Positions 1-12,979 of a stretch of 44,488 nt of DNA are shown piece after piece. A program made the translations under genes and the position numbers. The notes beneath the pieces are model-generated. The model did no database searches. It had not been told where the DNA came from and was given only the letters and a program-made list of their open reading frames with translations. The DNA is from Seison nebaliae (taxonomy: Eukaryota): NCBI GenBank assembly GCA_023231475.1, contig JALJEE010002021.1, positions 62,001 through 106,488 on the forward strand, given 5' to 3'. The number at the start of each line of letters is the position of its first letter. Position 1 is the first letter of the stretch.

Positions 1-2721
1 TTGGGAATTGAACCGAATGTTGTCGAAGAATTGTTGAATTGTGTACAGTCGATATTGGAGGCGAATGATTCGGAATAATTATCGGAAAATAATTGAGAAC
101 TCTTATTCGAACCGTTGTTTGACGGTGATAGAATGTTGTTAGTGGAATTTGATGAGAAAAATGAGTTTTTATTTCTATTATCGATGACATTCATGTTCAT
201 ATCAGTCGATAAGAAGTTCAAAGAATTATCACTTTTCTTCTTTTCATTATCATTATTCATCATCATATTATTATTATTGTTGTTGTTGTTGTTACTGTTC
301 CGGTTACCATTATTCATCATTATCTGATTATTATTATTATTGAAATTGTTGTTGGTATTATTATTATTATTATTATTGAAATTGTTGTTGTTATTATTGT
401 TGTTAAAGTCATTGTTAAAATTGTTGTTGTTGTTGTTATTGGTAAAATTATTATTATTGTTCATATTGTTATTATTAAAGTTGTTGTTGTTGTTATTTTG
501 ATTAGTGAAATTGTTGTTACTATTGAAATTGTTGTTGTTATTGTTATTATTGGAAAAATTAATATTATTATTATCATTATTCATCATCATATTATTATTT
601 TGATTTGAATTGAAATTAAATTGAAGATCTTTTGCAAAAGGATTTGTACAAGGAAAATTTTTGTTCGAAATCGGATCAATATCATTCATTCTATTGTCAT
701 AATTGGATTTCTCGGAAGTTAACGACTTCGAAAAGGAAACACTATTGACCGAAGTCAGATGGCTGGGTGAGGCGGACGACATGAAGTTCGAAGGAGATTC
801 AGAACTTTTCTTTGAAAACGGAGAATTGAACGGAGATAAATCTTGTTCGGAATTCATATTACTCTGATTTGATATCGTACTATTGTTAGCAGGTGATAAG
901 TTCATTGAATTAATTGAGAATTCGATTAATGAGGATTGATCCTGATAATTGTCGTTTGGTGATAAATCTTCTCGGCCGATACCTTTCACATTGCCCAATG
1001 ATTTATATTTCGGTTGGAATTCATTATTTCCATTTGTCTTTTGGTTCGAATTAGAGAATGGAGCAAATAAAAAAAATTCTTTTCTAACACATTCCTCATC
1101 GATGTCGTCAAATGATGAATCCGTTTTCCGTTTTCCTAAATCATATTTTTGAAAATTAGAATCAGTTTGATGTTCAACATGTTTCTGTTGCCCAATCTCA
1201 TCTTTCAATCGATTTTCGCTATTATTATCATTATTCATTTTTTGTTTAATTCCATTAGTGTTAGTAGAAACAGGTTCGTTAATATTAGTGAGCGATATTT
1301 TTGTTATTGATGGAGTATTACAAAATGTCGAACTTCCGTAGACTGTCGAAGGAGATAATTTCTTCTGTTCATTTTCTTCTTCATTCGATTTTGTAAATTT
1401 AATCAAACGATCAGGAATGGTCGTAGGCGAAGTGCTACCACCAATATATTCTAAAAGTGAATTGAGAGATAATGAAAATTTAAATAATAAAAATTTTAAA
1501 ATTAAATGTAATTTCTAATGAATGTTAATAAGCAAATCATAATGGACGAATTAGTAAAATGAGAGTGGATGAAGAAGAAAATAATCTCTTTGAACATATC
1601 TTACCATTAGGAAACTTTAGTTTGAAAAAAAAAGTTAAATCTCAATAAAAGTCTTCAACATTCTTTTCTTCCGTTAACCGACAGTTAATTGAGTGAAATA
1701 GCAACCTGGATTAATATGAATCATATTAATTTGTGAATCGTCATCAGATGAGGAATTGCTATTTCTGCTACTTCGTTTACTACCACGACTTCGTTTAAAA
1801 CTGGAATTTGGTGAAATATTGGGTGTGGTTCGTTTATTACCACTCAACTGATTTGAATCAATTCGTGTCATTAACGGTGAGAGACAACGGTTATTTTTCA
1901 CTTTCAACGAGCATTGTCCATAACGATGAGGAGTATTCAATGAATTACCGAAAGCTCCTTCTTCACTCGTATTTTGGACATTGCTCCGTCTGACAGCTTT
2001 ATCGCTTAAACTTCTTTGTAGCAAAGTGGGTGAGTCGTTAGTTTGTTCATTTCTCATCCTTGGAATGTTTTCATCACATTTTGATATGGTGACGGATGTC
2101 GAAGCGAGATTAGTATCTTTGTTTCAAGTGAAATATATTAACCAAAAGGTGAAAAGGAAATAGAAGAAGAAAAGTTAAAACCATAAACTGCCCAATTTAT
2201 TTCAGTTTTGGGAATATTTTCCGCTTGACACATCGAAACACATAGAAAGAGAATGAAGAAAGAAGAACTAACAAAGTTTTGCCCAAATTTTCCGTTCGGT
2301 CGCTAAGAAGGAGAGATTTGAATGCAACAAATGAAATTTAAAGAAACCATAAAGATTATTTCGACTTGTATGAGTTGATTTAATGAAATGCGAGGAAGTG
2401 TTAGTTTCCGGTTCATTCTCTTCTGTTGGACCACTGGGCTTTCTAACGATTTCACACGAACGACTTACTTTATCCGTTTCCAATTGATTGACGTTCAAAC
2501 TGTTATTGTTCTTTTCATTTTGATTGAGGGAATTAGTGAATTTTCCCAAATTTTTCTTTAATCGATTCTTTTTCAAAATTAATTTATTAAGATCTATTAT
2601 AAAGAAGGAAATAAACATTTGTTTGCATGATTTCATTGAACGTCCGATCTTCCATCGTACTCTTCTCCTTGATCATTTTAATTTTTTCTTCAAATTGACG
2701 CGGCATTTCTGATTTGATCAT
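1..2721 (-). CDS. Unknown low-complexity Asn/Ser-rich protein, multi-exon, 3' end outside the window. Exons approx. 2721-2617, 2567-2348, 2302-2273, 2223-2182, 2116-1679, 1450-<1
   Basis: ORFs 2587-2778, 2268-2636 and 1674-2057, plus a frame that stays open from 1450 to position 1 (poly-Asn tracts), join in phase through GT-AG introns of 49, 45, 49, 65 and 228 nt. No domain recognised. The start codon is uncertain, and an acceptor near 2780 suggests an upstream exon. Confidence 0.65.
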
Positions 2722-2981
2722 TATAGAAATGCCCAAAAGTCCAATATTCTTTTTCCTTGTAAATCTACCACTATTCAACTGATAGTTATTGAGAAAGAAA
2801 TCGAATGAATCTAATTGGAAAATGAAGATTTTAGTGCATGAAATGTTTATTTGTTTTCGGACAGAATTTTGTCGTCTCCAGATATCGATATGTGGAGAAT
2901 TGGTGATGAGAATTGTCAGTGACTACATTCTCTAGTATGTTCTCATATGAGTAAATAATAAATGTTAAAAGGAATAATGTG

Positions 2982-3008
2982 CACACACACACACACACAC
3001 ACACACAC
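2982..3008. repeat. (CA)n microsatellite
   Basis: Direct reading of the CA run. Confidence 0.9.
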
Positions 3009-3892
3009 GTATAAGAAAATGGACTTAAGGAGAAAAAGCCTTCGGGAAGAAATTGCAAAGAGTAATACTACCAGTAGTAGATGGAAAGCAAATAGTAAAG
3101 TAAATCTAAACACTTTCGGTACGAGATACGACAAAAGGAAATAATTAGTAGGTCGAACGAAGATGTATATAGACGATTGTTAATTTGAAAGGATCATTCT
3201 AATAAGACTACCAGAAATCTCACATTCGTCTGACACTTTTTAACATTAAATTACATAATAGAAAGTAATTCAATATTGTTTCAATATTGGAATAATCTGT
3301 TTTATTTCAATTCTGTCGTTGGAGTGATGTTGGAGGAATTTAAATAGAGCCAAATGCATCTTATTTAATAATCAGAAGTAAATTCCAATTTCTTTTGAAA
3401 AAAAGAAAAGAATTTCCGTTCACCAAATCATTTTTTCTTCCCATAATTTTCATATAACATATAACAATTTGTACACATCATTAATTATCGGTCATTGTGC
3501 ACATGTTTACCAATGTCCGTATGTATCACATGATTACATCGATCTAATTTTAATAATTTATAATATTCAGTCAAATTAATTAGAATTCATTTCTCATTCC
3601 GATTGCACACACTCCCACATCATTCTATAGTCGTTATTGCATATTATTCAATTCGTCGCTCTCGACAGATTGAGCTATAAACAATAATTTTCTGATTCAA
3701 TTTACAAACAAATTATTTTTACATACATCATATTTTGAATTATGATAATTTAACCATAATATATTTTCATAAAAAACTATCCATCTTTCGTGTATGATGA
3801 AAATAGTCATTTCATATTAAACTTGTCTATAAAGAGAAATTTAAAAAAAAGAACGATATTCTCTTCAAATTAATACAAATTATCTAGTTGGA

Positions 3893-3912
3893 GGATGGAT
3901 GGATGGATGGAT
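3893..3912. repeat. (GGAT)n microsatellite
   Basis: ggatggatggatggatggat. Confidence 0.85.
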
Positions 3913-6899
3913 GAAAATATTTATTCTTTTCAATTCATCTTCTTCTCCTCTCCAATTAATGAAAATGGGCATTGAACTTGAAAGAAATAGACAAATTCTT
4001 CCTTATCGAATAATTTTCTATTTGTCTTCTAATGTTTAGTCTTCTACTAGCTAGATATTCGTGCCAATTCTATAAAAGCTAGCTAGCTCTTCATTAAAAT
4101 TCTTTGTTTTTACATTCGTTTTTTTCGCCACTGGAATTTGAATCATCACTCCAATTTCATTCGACTGTCGATCATTAGAAAATTAAGAAGTTTACGTAAA
4201 ACTTATATAATTCATTATTGGTATCATTAATAATTAATAATAAGTGCATTGTAAATAATCCATTAGATCACTTCATTTACTTATGTCGATAATGATAATG
4301 GCGATTTTCTAGTATCTTCATCAAATTTCTCTCAATATTATTTCTTTTTCATGTGCTGGCAGAGTTTATAAATAAAGCTTTTACTCCATTCCTCATACAC
4401 GATATCTGACACACGTAAATTTGCTCATATACTAAATTATGTTGAAACAAATGTCAATCTTTATCATAAATTTTGTAACGAAAATAGTGCCTAATATCTC
4501 CCGGGTAAAATGAGACGTGTATTATGAATTTAACACTTCATCTTTTATAGTCGATTCATCTTCTCCTTCCATGGAGCAGTTGTAAGGAATCATTAGGAAG
4601 AGGAAGATGTTAGGAATATTTAAAATTTATAAATTTCTAATTTTCAATATTAATATTTGACACTTATAAGATAACAATATGTCAATGGATAAAAAATCAA
4701 AATTAATTACATAACTCCCACTCAGAAGTGTAAAGGGAGAAATATTTTGATAATTATTTCGTCCAATACTATTGACAGACTAATATAATATTATTAAGCT
4801 AGACAGAAGAAGGATCGAAATTCATTCTGAATGAATTATTCAAAAATTACTCACAATTTTAGTCAGACTATTTATAATACTTCACCTTTTTCTTCCAAAT
4901 TTTCGAATATTTTCTTCACTTATACCGTTTCTTTTGATCATTTGGTTTAAATTACAATATCTCCGAGAAGATTCTTCCCAAATATTCAAATTATGTGTTT
5001 TTATTTTTATTTTTATTATTTCTTTTGTTCTTTCTTATCTATCCTCTTATGTTGATGAAGGGAAATAATAACTTTAATGTTATTCGTATGAAATTATGGG
5101 AAATTCAATAAAATTATAGAAATGTTTGGAAATTCGTTAAATTTGCAATTTCCAATCAAATAATCATCTTTTCCGAATAAACAACTTGCCCAGAAATGTA
5201 AGTTCAACTTACTAAGTTGATTTTATGATGCAATTAATAAACTTTTAACTTAATTACATAGTTTTGATTCAAATACGTTTAAATATTTCTTCAAAAAAGC
5301 GGAAAGAAAAGAAAATGGAAACTTCTTCCAAAATTAGTTTTTTGTATAAACAACTGATGGGGAAAGAGGAGTTCGTTCTAAATATCTTACTTCCGAAAAT
5401 TTCGAAGTTCGATTTTCATTATCGATTAAATTCTCGGAAATCTCGTTACTTACCGTGTTCTATATTTTTATTACTAGCTAGATATTATATAATTATTATT
5501 ACTTTTATGTTTGAAATTTCTACTGTTTAATCTTTAACTTCTTTCAACATCAAATATATTATTAACTAACAGAATTATAAATAAGGAAAAGAACGGTTTT
5601 TCTAATTTTAACTGAACAATCATGAATAAGCTCAAAATTAATGCTAACTTTAATCACACTCGGAAATGCGAACTTTCTGATTAAATTATTTTATTGATTA
5701 AATTTCTTAGCATGGTAATTTCTCCGAATGTCTTCAGTTAATTCGTATCGAATACTCTACTAATGAAACCTATTAATGAAACCAAGATTATAAGTCTTTT
5801 TATGCTAAAACAACTAAAACTAAAAACTATATAGTCATATTTGAGATAGTGTGCTGGTCCCATAGAATACAGGTAGAATAGTGGGAACATGAGTTTTAAT
5901 CAAAAAGTTAAAAATAAAAAGATTCAGTTACTTCCGTTGTGTTGAAATATAAAGGGTCATAATAGTTACCGAAGAAACTAATGTAGAAACAGAACATTTC
6001 TTCTGTAATTCCTTACCATGTTTAACATGTGCTATAAGTTATCGGTTTTTGAATTTTACTTATTGAAAATGAAATTTCCCATATTGCCCCAGTGATTAAT
6101 TTATCATTATCTCGAATAATATAGGACTAATAATTATGAGAACGGGCAATGAGGTTCAAAAATATATTGGCTAGATGATCGTGGAAAAAAATATTATTCA
6201 TAATAAAAATTAATGTGCATTCTCAACCTAGATTTTTTTTTCAAAAAAATGAGCTTTTCTATTCCTAATTTTGTATGATGCAAAAAAAGTCTATTATTTT
6301 TTTAAGATAAGAAAACTACTTTTAAATATTTCTACACATACTTCAAATCCTTCCAAATAATGATGAAAATTACCTTTTAAAATTGTTAGATTTAACGTAT
6401 AAAAAATCACCAATATCAGCTTGAAATTTTTTGTTTCCAATTTTGCCCCAGTTGACGGTTATGTACAAAATGTTGACACTGTTCAAAGGATGAAAATAGC
6501 AAATCTGAAAAGTTAATATTTTAAATGAGAGTTATATAGTATAAAAATATATATCTCTTTGTAAACGACGACGGAAAAAGAGGAAGATCAGAGGAAGATA
6601 AACCAAACTAAAATTGTTGTCAAAGAATTTTTAAAATGACTACTTAAGTTTTTATTGTAATTTTATAATTTTTTAAGGAAGGACGTTCATCGTTCATTCA
6701 TCACTATTCTTTTTCACTTCTATTAACTTGTTGGATAGATGGAAGCAACTTATGGAATTATGTAAAATTACTGACATGTATATTTTTTAATTTTATTACT
6801 TGAAAGTTGAAAAATAATATAATAAAAATTTTAATTAATTTAAACAAATGTATTGAGAAAGGATTTGATTTCTAAAGAAACGATATTTTTACAATAGAA

Positions 6900-7971
6900 C
6901 TATGATATCTCATCATCAGGAAGTGTCATTCTAAAAATAAGCAAATGAAAGATGAAGATGAGAAATGAAAAAAAACTTTTGTATTAAATCACCTTGGACT
7001 TCCCATAAGTCATATGTAGTCGTTGGAGCAACATGAAAATAACAATCTTTAGGAAAAGTTTCATCCAATTCCCTAAATGGAACTTTAATTCTCACAATTT
7101 TATCTACATAAATATAATCGATGGAATTATAGTTTGTCATGTCGTCTGGTAATTTTGAATGTTCTTCTTTCTTTGCAGCTCTAATTTCTAAACGAATACG
7201 ATGAGTGACTTTTTCATTACAAGCTTTTCCTTTCTCAAAATAAAATTCAATATTTTCCTCCAAATCTTGATATCCATAACTAATATTTTCCCGATATTTG
7301 GTTTCGTTTGTGAAATTGTCACGTCCCTTTGCATACTCAAATTTGAAGGATTCATATTTCGGGAAATATGTTAAATTATATTCCAAATTTATCGAGCGAA
7401 ATTCATCGTAGTATAAATTGATATTATCAATTATATTCGTTTTATGAGAGAAACGTTTATACTGAGTGATGATATCTTCAAAATTATTATTGTCGATCAA
7501 TTTTTTTAAATGTTGAATTCGCTCCTCAATAAGCTTCAGATCACAAGTAACAGCAGTTTTCATTCCATCCAACTGACTGTTATTAGTACTATTACATTTC
7601 TTTAGCAAAAATAATTGTTCTTTCTCAATTTGTTCCAATTTGGATTTATAGAATTCATTTAAAGATTGATTCTCATCAAAATGATAATTTAATTCTTTTA
7701 GAACATTTTCATAAGAATCGATTAGTTTCTTTGATGATTGAATTTGAGACGAAATAATTTCACTTCTAATTAATCTAATTTCTTCAATCGTATTCACGAT
7801 GTGCTTCGAATGATCATTTGTTAATAGAACACATTCCCCGCAAAGAAATACGTTGCAATTCTTGCAAAAGAATTCTAACGTACAATTATGGTCTGCACAA
7901 ACATTATTTTCTGGAACCTTAACATTCTCCGGTTTTGCAGATTCGTTAATAGTATTACGAGCTTCACTCAT
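6900..7971 (-). CDS. B-box zinc finger / coiled-coil protein, TRIM37-like, no RING seen. Exons 7971-6977, 6930-6900
   Basis: B-box2 pattern C-x2-H...FFCKNC...LCGEC...DHSKH, followed by a heptad-rich region. The segments YFPKYESFKF and FHVAPTTTYDLWEVQ resemble the borders of the TRIM37 MATH domain. A 46-nt intron at 6931-6976 (GTTTTT...TAG) gives the C-terminus QKMTLPDDEIS*. Confidence 0.7.
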
Positions 7972-8445
7972 GATCAAATTTGAGAAGATGCTTTTCGAAT
8001 AATATTTGAATGAAGGTGTTGGAAATAAAGCTCTCTTTCAGTGGAGATCAGTTGTAATTTATGTTCCAAAAAATTTCTCTCTTATTAAAAAGAAACTCTG
8101 TTTGTACCAATCCAATATATTAATATTCTTTAGTAGTTACATTTATTTTTTTCAAGTTTCAAAAGAAATATCAAGTTTCTCTTATTATTTCATTTATAAA
8201 TTTCATGAAGGCATTTCATTATAAATTCAAGACATGGAATAATAGTCTATAAAAGGGGTGTATGGAGTAGTGATGTGCGAATGAGTTATTGAGTTAGGAA
8301 AGAGAACTCATGAGTTCACTTTAGGAAGAGAAAATTTCTCTTATCGCTAATTCGAATTGACTATAAGTATGGAATTTTCTTTTCCTCATGAATTCGAATC
8401 GCATACATACGACTCCTTGAGTAAATTCATGAATAAACTCATGAG

Positions 8446-8573
8446 TTTAAATTCATATTTTTTCTGATAATTCAATACAATTTGGAAGAAATAGAATCAT
8501 ATACAAATGTATTTAAGAAAAGTAATTTTTTTTTACAAAATTACTGAATTATCAGAAAAAATATGAATTTAAA
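8446..8573. repeat. Perfect 29-bp inverted repeat (foldback/MITE-like) with a 70-nt spacer
   Basis: tttaaattcatattttttctgataattca (8446-8474) is the exact reverse complement of 8545-8573. Confidence 0.85.
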
Positions 8574-8715
8574 TGGAAAACAAATCTTAAAAATTGTAGC
8601 CCTTAAAAAATAGACCTTAAACATGTATAACTTCTTACTATAATATTAAATTAATGTCGAAAATTATACACAGTTTAGATAAAATTTAAAGTTATTTTCA
8701 ATAAAATATTTCAAG

Positions 8716-9880
8716 TTGAGAAGGATCGACTCCAAACGACGTGTTGGATCGATCCTAAGTATCGCAGATACACGCATCGCAGTTCTTGAATCGACTGTTG
8801 TCCAACAACAGAAAGAAATCGATTCTCTAAATTCGGCTTTCCGACAACTTACGTCCGACGCATCGCTCGCGTCTTCTCCCGGCTCCTTAGCCGAATCTTT
8901 CGCCGACATATCGATTATTTCGCCCGCTTTACCATTGCCGGATATATTCGGATCCACACGAAGTCGCTCGAAGCAGGACAATCAATCTTCGAAGTCGGTG
9001 GCGACACAGCCATCAAAGGGGCTTCAACTCCCACACAAAAAGCGAACTCACGCGTGCGATTTTATCTACCCACAACATCTACCGGCAACAGTGTCCCGGT
9101 ATCGTCACGGTCGAGCAATCACGTCAAGATCGACCACAAGACCGACTCGAAGACGAAGTCCAAAAAGCCGATCCATCGAAGAAACCAGCGAACAAACGTA
9201 AAAACCGTCAGAGAAGTTCATGTTCTGGACATCAACTGACCATAATTCCTCCACGTCCCAATGGTCCATGCCGTTCATCGGTACTGGTCAGTGGATTCAC
9301 CAAAGCAACCAAGGCGATCGAGATTAATGAATTCCTGAGTACCAAAGGGGTTCGACCGATCTCAATCGCCAGACTCCTTCCTAAAGATTCGAACCGCCCG
9401 CTCCGTGTTGCGACGTTCCACATTGTGGTCGAAGGAAATCAATCGCAACTTCTTAATTCGACCGAAACTTGGCCTGAAGGAGTGTCCTTCTCCAAATTCA
9501 TCCACTCGGACAAGGGTAAGGAATTCCTCTCCACTCGTTTCAAGGTGGAGCACGATTCACTAGATTCTCTTTCTTCCATTTCTTCTGCTTTTTCTTCATT
9601 TCCTCAACCACATCTCACCTCACTTTCACACACACCACTAACTTTCTCATCTCCTCACCCAAATCTCTCTATATCACCAATCATATCCTCACATCAATCA
9701 CAAATACGTCCAGCTTCACAATCGAAGAAACTCTCACTAGTTTCTTTCAATTCCCACGGACCATCTAATCTCCGTTCTAGCTTACCGTTTCTCTTACAAT
9801 ACGACATAATATTCATATAAGAATCCTGGCTTGTGTCTCCCTATCTCATCTGACTTCACCCTCACCATTCGCAAACCGAC
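8716..9880 (+). mobile_element. Non-LTR retrotransposon 5' remnant: ORF1/gag-like region plus the start of an AP-endonuclease (pseudogenised)
   Basis: GC-richer island. It contains a coiled coil (RIAVLESTVVQQQKEIDSL), an ORF1 C-terminal motif (ATFHIVV...LLNSTETWPEGVSF) and APE motifs (LSLVSFNSHG...DIIFI*ESWL) with TAA in place of the conserved Gln. One frameshift near 9.0 kb. Confidence 0.75.
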
Positions 9881-9899
9881 AGGTCAAAATAATCCTCTT

Positions 9900-10700
9900 C
9901 CGTGAAGAATTGACTAAATTCATCACTAGAATTATTGTATAAAACGGTTTTCCATTAATCTGTGGGAAAATCTTGTTGCACCAATTATGAATCATCTTGT
10001 CGAATTAGCTAAAACCTGTCAAATCGAAGAAGTATGGAAAGAAATTAATCTTGGAAGAAATATTATTAGTAGACATGTTGGAATAACGGTATTGGGCAAA
10101 TCCGGTATGATTTGCTTCAGATAAATTATTTGTCAACGGTAAATTAGATATCAACCGTTCATAATTGCTCCAAATGTAGATTGGATTTCTGGACGGATTG
10201 TCCGTATATCAAAAATTTATCTTGCGAGATTGGAATCTTCATGGTTGGTTTATAAGTTCTAAATGTTCGTTTGATTACTTTCATATTGGGCAATTCCGCA
10301 CATACTTCCTTTCATGAGTTTTCGTCCACCGTGCTAATCGCTTCACAAGCCACATAGCCTTTATCCAGAATCAACCTCTTAATATCTTCATATAAATTCT
10401 TACTATAAAAACTTTCCTTACTTACTACGCGTTCCTGTTTACGACAACCCCTACTAGCATTTACCTGATCCAGATCCCTACTTAACAAAATCTTGGCACT
10501 ACATACTTTTTTCGATTCACATATTCTCAATCTAATTGTTGATGCTTTCGTTTGACGGGACTTTTCAAACTAATTTGATAAATATGCCTTACCATATAAG
10601 TTACATTTATTTTCATTATCGAGTTCCCTATAATATGTCCAAATTCTTGAAGGTCTTTGCGTCTTTTTCACAGTTTTATCATTCTCCATTTTATCGAAAA
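9900..10700 (-). mobile_element. Degenerate Mutator-like (MULE) transposase remnant, internally deleted
   Basis: The minus strand at about 10100-10190 reads PIYIWSNYERLISNLPLTNNLSEANHTGF, matching the MULE W...RTNNxxExxH motif. Upstream RICESKKVCSAKI resembles a FLYWCH/WRKY-type zinc finger. Boundaries are approximate. Confidence 0.6.
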
Positions 10701-10914
10701 TCAATATCAATTTTAAGTTTAAAAAAGTCAGAACAGTAATTATAAGAACAAATGTAATATAAAATTAATATGAATGATTCGCGTAGAACGACTCAGATCA
10801 GCTCACATTGTCGAGTTCATCGTTTTGACGGTTTAACAGGTCTAGTTTTCAGTCAATATTGACTAAATCTTATAAAATGTTTTTTTATCCAAAAATAGTT
10901 AAATTTGAATGATA

Positions 10915-11150
10915 CTCACCCTATTGTTGTCTTCAAGTCGTATTAGATATGGGTGGACCATTCAAACCAGTTGCGTTCATACCATGATGATAAAAGACGT
11001 AGTGTCAAGTGGTATATGGCACTATTTTATACCCAATTGATATTTCTACGCCCAATGCGAATGTATTGTATTCTAATCAAAATAATATTTTTCTAATCAC
11101 GGTAATATAAGTTCCAAAAAATTTAGATATAAGTTGATGGAAGAACGAAG
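10915..11150 (+). mobile_element. piggyBac-family transposase C-terminal catalytic remnant
   Basis: Reads WVDHSNQLRSYHDDKRRSVKWYMALF, then after a frameshift IDISTPNANVLY. This matches the PGBD motif GVDxxDQxxxxY...RRxxKWY...F...IDxxxxNAxxLY. Stop codons are present. Confidence 0.7.
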
Positions 11151-12127
11151 TGAATCAAAGGAAAAAATCTCGTTCCAGTATTCCCGAACCGAAATGATAA
11201 ACCATTAACTTATTCAATCTACCTTTCGAGACAATGGGGGCAAAGTGACGTATTCTGTAAGTACGTGTTCTTTTTAACTCGTAAAACTATTTTGAAAGAA
11301 ATAATAATGGTTTAATGTCTAATAGAAAGTAGTAATGTCTAATAAAGAAGCTTATTAAGTGTCACATTTTGCTCTATTGTTTGATGTTGCCCCTCAAAAT
11401 TTTATGGTTATTATTAACAAAAAGACAAATGATAAAGTCGTTATTTAAGGACAATTATGAATATTTCAATTGAATTTCCTAAAATTATAATTTATTTATA
11501 ATAATTATATTATCGTGTAAAATCGTGTGGTTAAATATAGTTTCTATCCCCTTAATTATCGCATCCTAACATTTGAAATAAAGTGCTATATCTCTATTAT
11601 ACATGTATCATTATGTCAATAAACATTTAGCATTGTAAGTTTTATTAAACTAATAATTTTTTACAAGAATGTCAATTGAACTAGTTCACACGAAATATTT
11701 ATAGGTATTCGATACTATGATCAAATTTAACAATTAAGAGTGCACTGTGGAAATTTGAAGACGACCACAAAGAATAAAGCTCATGAATTAAATTTAACGT
11801 TTTACCTTGTTGATACTATTAATAATTAGTCTTAAACCTTATAACTTCACTCTCAACTGATAATTATACTTATACTATATCTTGATAATATATTAAAATT
11901 TTTAAAAATTTTTTCCTTTATATCTTTGACTGATAGCGGTGAAGTTAATTTCTTAAATTATATTCTTGATAAAAAATTAGAAAAAGTTTTCGTTATTTCG
12001 ATAATTCGAGAATGTTTATGAAAAAGTCGATTAATAGTGTTACTTTTTTCCGATATAGAGGTCTTCATAACAACAAGCATTCGAATGTTCAATATTGGAA
12101 GATGTTTAGATTCCATTAAAAGTTCGA

Positions 12128-12979
12128 TTAAAGTACAACATAAGTGCCCATTGCTTCGTTCAGTTTAATGTGGCCCTCCGACCGTAACAATCCCACAGTA
12201 TTTTTGATGGTAATTGCATCGTATTCTGGAATCGAATCCTCTAATTGAGAGATGTTCATTCCTTTCGCTCCAGCTCCTTTAATTGCTGAAATGATAAGGT
12301 TAAAGAAAGCATTGTCTCCTCCACTACTCTTCTTCGGCGAGAATTTATTATCATTTTTCTTATAATCAGTTGTGGAATTGGTTACAGATCCTCCTGAATT
12401 ATTCCGTTTATCTCGAAAAATATTCCCATGGAGCACTTCGATCAAATGAAGAGATAATTCATTGAACGTTCTCATTGGAATATATCGGAAGAGAAGAATC
12501 CAGTTCATTTGACCATCGATCGTCGACATATTATGATCTTCTAAATTTTCCTGATTCTGAGTAGGGGCTGGTCGTGCCACTCCATAAAAATGTCCGAATT
12601 GACCCGCTTGTATCTCTCTAATTTCGTCCAAGAATTTTTCGTTACCTTTGTCTCGCTTCCAAAACTTGACAGGAATGGTAACGCCAGAGTAATCAACGAT
12701 TGTCATTTCAAAACGAGAAAGTAATTCGTTTTTGGTGAGAACTCGTCCCACAATGTGCACATTATTCAACTGTGCATTCCGATACAATAACTGGTTGTTC
12801 TCCAATGAATGTGTCGCTTCCTTCAAAATGTAACAGTTGATTTGCATCACATTGTTTGTCATTCCATTATTGGTCGGTTTACGACGAGTTTCCGTTTTCG
12901 ACGGAGATACTCCCAAATCAGAGAACAACGTATCATTGTTATTGTATCCACCATCTTCCGATATTTTCTCTTCCCACAT
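12128..12979 (-). CDS. RPA2: Replication protein A 32 kDa subunit, single exon, 283 aa
   Basis: N-terminal MW..GG..SP phosphorylation tail, OB fold (VHIVGRV...IVDYSG...VKFW...GHFYG...FNELSLHLIEV) and C-terminal winged helix (GMNISQL...LRSEGHI). Confidence 0.88.
   Translation of the reverse strand: MWEEKISEDGGYNNNDTLFSDLGVSPSKTETRRKPTNNGMTNNVMQINCYILKEATHSLENNQLLYRNAQLNNVHIVGRVLTKNELLSRFEMTIVDYSGVTIPVKFWKRDKGNEKFLDEIREIQAGQFGHFYGVARPAPTQNQENLEDHNMSTIDGQMNWILLFRYIPMRTFNELSLHLIEVLHGNIFRDKRNNSGGSVTNSTTDYKKNDNKFSPKKSSGGDNAFFNLIISAIKGAGAKGMNISQLEDSIPEYDAITIKNTVGLLRSEGHIKLNEAMGTYVVL

Noticed and set aside
115..1152. Plus-strand ORFs 115-327 (poly-Leu) and 949-1152
   Set aside because: Antisense shadows of the Asn-rich minus-strand exon
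5180..5450. Possible very decayed RT fragment (DFYDAINKL...ERGVRS)
   Set aside because: Similarity to the DxxKAFD and GVRQG motifs is too weak to support without a profile search
8268..9928. TAGTGATG (8268) and CATCACTA (9921) as the TIR pair of one hAT element enclosing the LINE fragment
   Set aside because: Only 8 bp match, and the flanks (gtatggag / gaattatt) show no target-site duplication
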